A stretch of 17,001 nt of DNA from a virus (lineage: Duplodnaviria > Heunggongvirae > Uroviricota > Caudoviricetes). Position numbers and translations under genes: made by a program. The stretch's first letter is position 1; each line of letters opens with the position of its first letter. The stretch covers positions 1 through 17,001 of IMG/VR virus record IMGVR_UViG_3300028991_000008; one strand, written 5' to 3'. Positions 16,404-17,001 of this stretch are shown here, piece by piece. The notes under the pieces were generated by a model. The model searched no databases and was not told where the DNA came from. It worked only from the letters and a program-made list of their open reading frames with translations.

Positions 16404-16729
16404 AAACCTTTCGCTGGAAAGTGAAGCCGGATATGGAGGTGAACTCGCAGCCGTCGGTGCGTGAAGTGCGTTTTGGTGACGGCTATTCGCAGCGTATGGC
16501 GGCAGGGCTGAATGCTGACCTGAAAACATACCGGGTGATGCTTTCCGTGACCCGGGAGGAGGCCCGGCATCTGGAAGCATTCCTGGCAGAGCACGGGGGC
16601 TGGAAGGCATTTTTGTGGAAGCCACCCTATGCATACCGGCAGATAAAGGTGACCTGCGCCGGGTGGTCTGCGCGGGTCGGGATGCTGCGGGTTGAATTCA
16701 GTGCCGAGTTTAAGCAGGTGGTGAACTGA
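16400..16729 (+). CDS. M: Minor tail protein gpM
   Basis: MKTFRWKVKP.M.V.S.PSVR.VRFGDGYSQR…LSV.REEA..LE.FL.EHGGWK.FLW.PPY..RQIKVTCA.WS.RV.MLRVEFSAEF.QVVN resembles lambda gpM. ATGA overlaps with H and L. Confidence 0.95.
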   Translation: MKTFRWKVKPDMEVNSQPSVREVRFGDGYSQRMAAGLNADLKTYRVMLSVTREEARHLEAFLAEHGGWKAFLWKPPYAYRQIKVTCAGWSARVGMLRVEFSAEFKQVVN

Positions 16730-17001
16730 TGCAGGATATTCATGAAGAAAGTCTGAATGAGTCGGTGAAATCAGAGCAGTCACCGCGGGTGGTGCTCTGG
16801 GAAATCGACCTGACGGTGCAGGGCGGTGAGCGGTATTTTTTCTGCAATGAGCTGAATGAAAAAGGGGAGCCGGTGACCTGGCAGGGGCGGAAGTATGAGG
16901 CGTACCCGATTGAGGGCAGCGGCTTTGAGATGAACGGGAAGGGCAGCAGTGCCAGACCGTCGCTGACGGTGTCCAATCTGTTCGGTCTTGTCACCGGTAT
17001 G
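16729..17001 (+). CDS. L: Minor tail protein gpL, 3'-partial (runs off the window end)
   Basis: MQDI..E.LNE…EQS…VVLWEIDLT..GGERYFFCNE.NEKGEPVTWQGR.Y..YPI.GSGFE.NGKG.S.RP.LTVSNL.G.VTGM resembles the lambda gpL N-terminus. Confidence 0.93.
   Translation, partial: MQDIHEESLNESVKSEQSPRVVLWEIDLTVQGGERYFFCNELNEKGEPVTWQGRKYEAYPIEGSGFEMNGKGSSARPSLTVSNLFGLVTGM

Noticed and set aside
15402-16634. 410-aa minus-strand ORF
   Set aside because: It lies entirely antisense to the tape-measure gene H, which has unambiguous lambda gpH similarity. Long antisense ORFs are expected in GC-rich coding DNA, and there is no RBS or homology support.
1-17001. CRISPR arrays, tRNA or rRNA genes, insertion sequences or transposases
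   Set aside because: I saw no regularly spaced direct repeats with unique spacers, no cloverleaf-like conserved tRNA features, and no transposase-like ORF or terminal inverted repeats. The only DNA repeats are the cosB elements and a short tandem repeat at the accessory promoter.

Overview
This window is a lambda-like (lambdoid siphovirus) phage or prophage segment of enterobacterial type, in the conventional lambda map order. All calls rest on reading the ORF translations against remembered lambda protein and cos sequences; no searches were run. It runs from the end of the lysis cassette (partial endolysin, Rz with embedded Rz1), through a ~2.4 kb AT-rich accessory island, the cos site (cosQ-cosN-cosB), the terminase genes (Nu1-like, gpA), the head module (W, B, C with nested Nu3, D, E, FI, FII) and the start of the tail module (Z, U, V, G, G-T frameshift, H, M, partial L). 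The notable part is the accessory island at 1295-2924: two convergent genes with overlapping 3' ends, a 206-aa protein carrying a PD-(D/E)xK-like nuclease motif and a 355-aa protein I cannot place in any family. They sit in the moron slot between Rz1 and cos, and I propose them as a candidate, possibly undescribed, phage-borne defence or superinfection-exclusion system. Other findings are a mosaic packaging module (lambda-identical cosN, different cosB repeats and Nu1 N-terminus), a triplicated repeat in the C/Nu3 scaffold region, a conserved G-T slippery site, and intrinsic terminator-like hairpins inside the late operon. No tRNA, rRNA, CRISPR array or transposase was seen.
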